From Phoronis australis (taxonomy: Eukaryota > Animalia > Phoronida), in assembly GCA_002633005.1 (NCBI GenBank), contig NMRA01000407.1, forward strand, positions 1-64,000: a stretch of 64,000 bases of DNA. The letters run 5' to 3'. The position numbers were made by a program, and so were the translations under genes. The notes under the pieces are model-generated. The model saw only the letters and a program-made list of their open reading frames with translations, did no database searches and had not been told where the DNA came from. This document shows positions 62,861 through 64,000 of this stretch, in pieces (the first letter of the stretch is position 1; every line of letters begins with the position of its first letter).

Positions 62861-64000
62861 AATTTTGAATTGAAGATGATCGTCAACTGATTGTTGTTCA
62901 TCCACTGTCTATCTTGATTGTGGATTGCGTTTCTATTCTTTAAAAATCCAGTTCACGCCAACGGTAAGTTCACTACAGGCAGTTGCTCAAACCCAAAACC
63001 AGACATTTAAGTAGCGTGTCTTCTTGCACTGACAAAACGCCGACGAGCATGAACATTGAAAAATATTGAGACAATTATAATACACATACTATATTATGAT
63101 TTTATAAAAACGTAGTCAACATGTTGTCATTAACGTCACTTCAACTACACACTGTAGTGATTTACACAGGAAATCAACAATATTATAGCATTTCTATTAT
63201 AATATTAATCTTTTATCACACCTATTTCAAAATTGGTCTTACAAAAACAAAAAAAAATTATTGCTTTAGGGAAATCAACATAACAAATCCATTGAACATT
63301 TCCAACGAATTACTTTTGGAAATTAATATTAGACTAAATCATCACTGAATCATAGACAATGTACTTAGGACTGGTTGATAGTATAATAGTCTCTCACACG
63401 AAATCAACAACTATATGAAAGCAATTTCTACAATAATCAATGACATGCATTTTCTTTTAAAATACTAACTGGTTAGAATAATGGTATGTAAGTATTGCCC
63501 AATGACACTTAGTATGGCCATTTAAATCTATCTAAACACTACAAAAATGTACTGGTTCTGTTAAAGATCCTTTTAAAATGACACAAATGTAGCAAGAAAC
63601 TTGAGGAAAAAAGGTTCAAAACAAAACGTTAAAATGTTATCACATCAGACAACTACAAACCATAAACGCTGTAAATCTGAATAAACTATAGTGATTTAAC
63701 AACCTTTACCAGTGGACTTAATGATTTCATTCATGACGTTTCTGCTTGCTATGCCTGTAGAAGGAGGCATACTGTTTGCATGGCATGCCAAATTCACAAC
63801 AAAAAGGAGTGTCCTCGCGCTGTGATGCAATGTCCCATAAGGCTTACTCTTTCCGTGAATCATTGATCACAGATAGGACACTGAATCGATTTAGCTTGGT
63901 TCCTGAGCACAATGTTACATGCTCTGTTTTACTATATTGGTAAAAAACTCTTGACGCATGCAATGTGTCAATCACAGGGCTGGTAAAGGTCTTGCTTTGT

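Noticed and set aside
57545-63348. Numerous 60-110 aa ORFs in the ORF track downstream of the channel gene
   Set aside because: They have no domains, many use non-ATG starts, and they overlap repeats; this is consistent with chance ORFs in non-coding DNA.

Overview
AT-rich animal genomic DNA, probably a marine invertebrate (inferred from intron structure and TE families). The one clear host gene is on the + strand: an intron-containing Cys-loop, anion-selective ligand-gated ion channel (glycine-receptor/GluCl-like). Eight coding exons can be spliced in frame from 47749 to the stop at 56413; its signal-peptide exon is unresolved. The rest is mostly decayed repeats. A highly diverged ~2 kb tandem array (~1.6-16.9 kb) is interrupted by Helentron/pearl-like elements with CTCF-like motif arrays, a Crypton-like insertion, a MITE and a short Penelope-type insertion with a hammerhead-like core. 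An Academ transposon splits a CR1/L2-group LINE. A THAP/YqaJ (ISL2EU-like) remnant contains a 5'-truncated L1/Tx1 LINE. Two inverted Kolobok copies are present. A four-level nest (Penelope > 5-bp-TSD hAT-like element > Kolobok > solo LTR) has readable TSDs for all three inner insertions. Several MITEs and a 31-bp minisatellite also occur. No prokaryotic-type system or CRISPR array is present. Family names come from motif recognition by eye, not from database searches.
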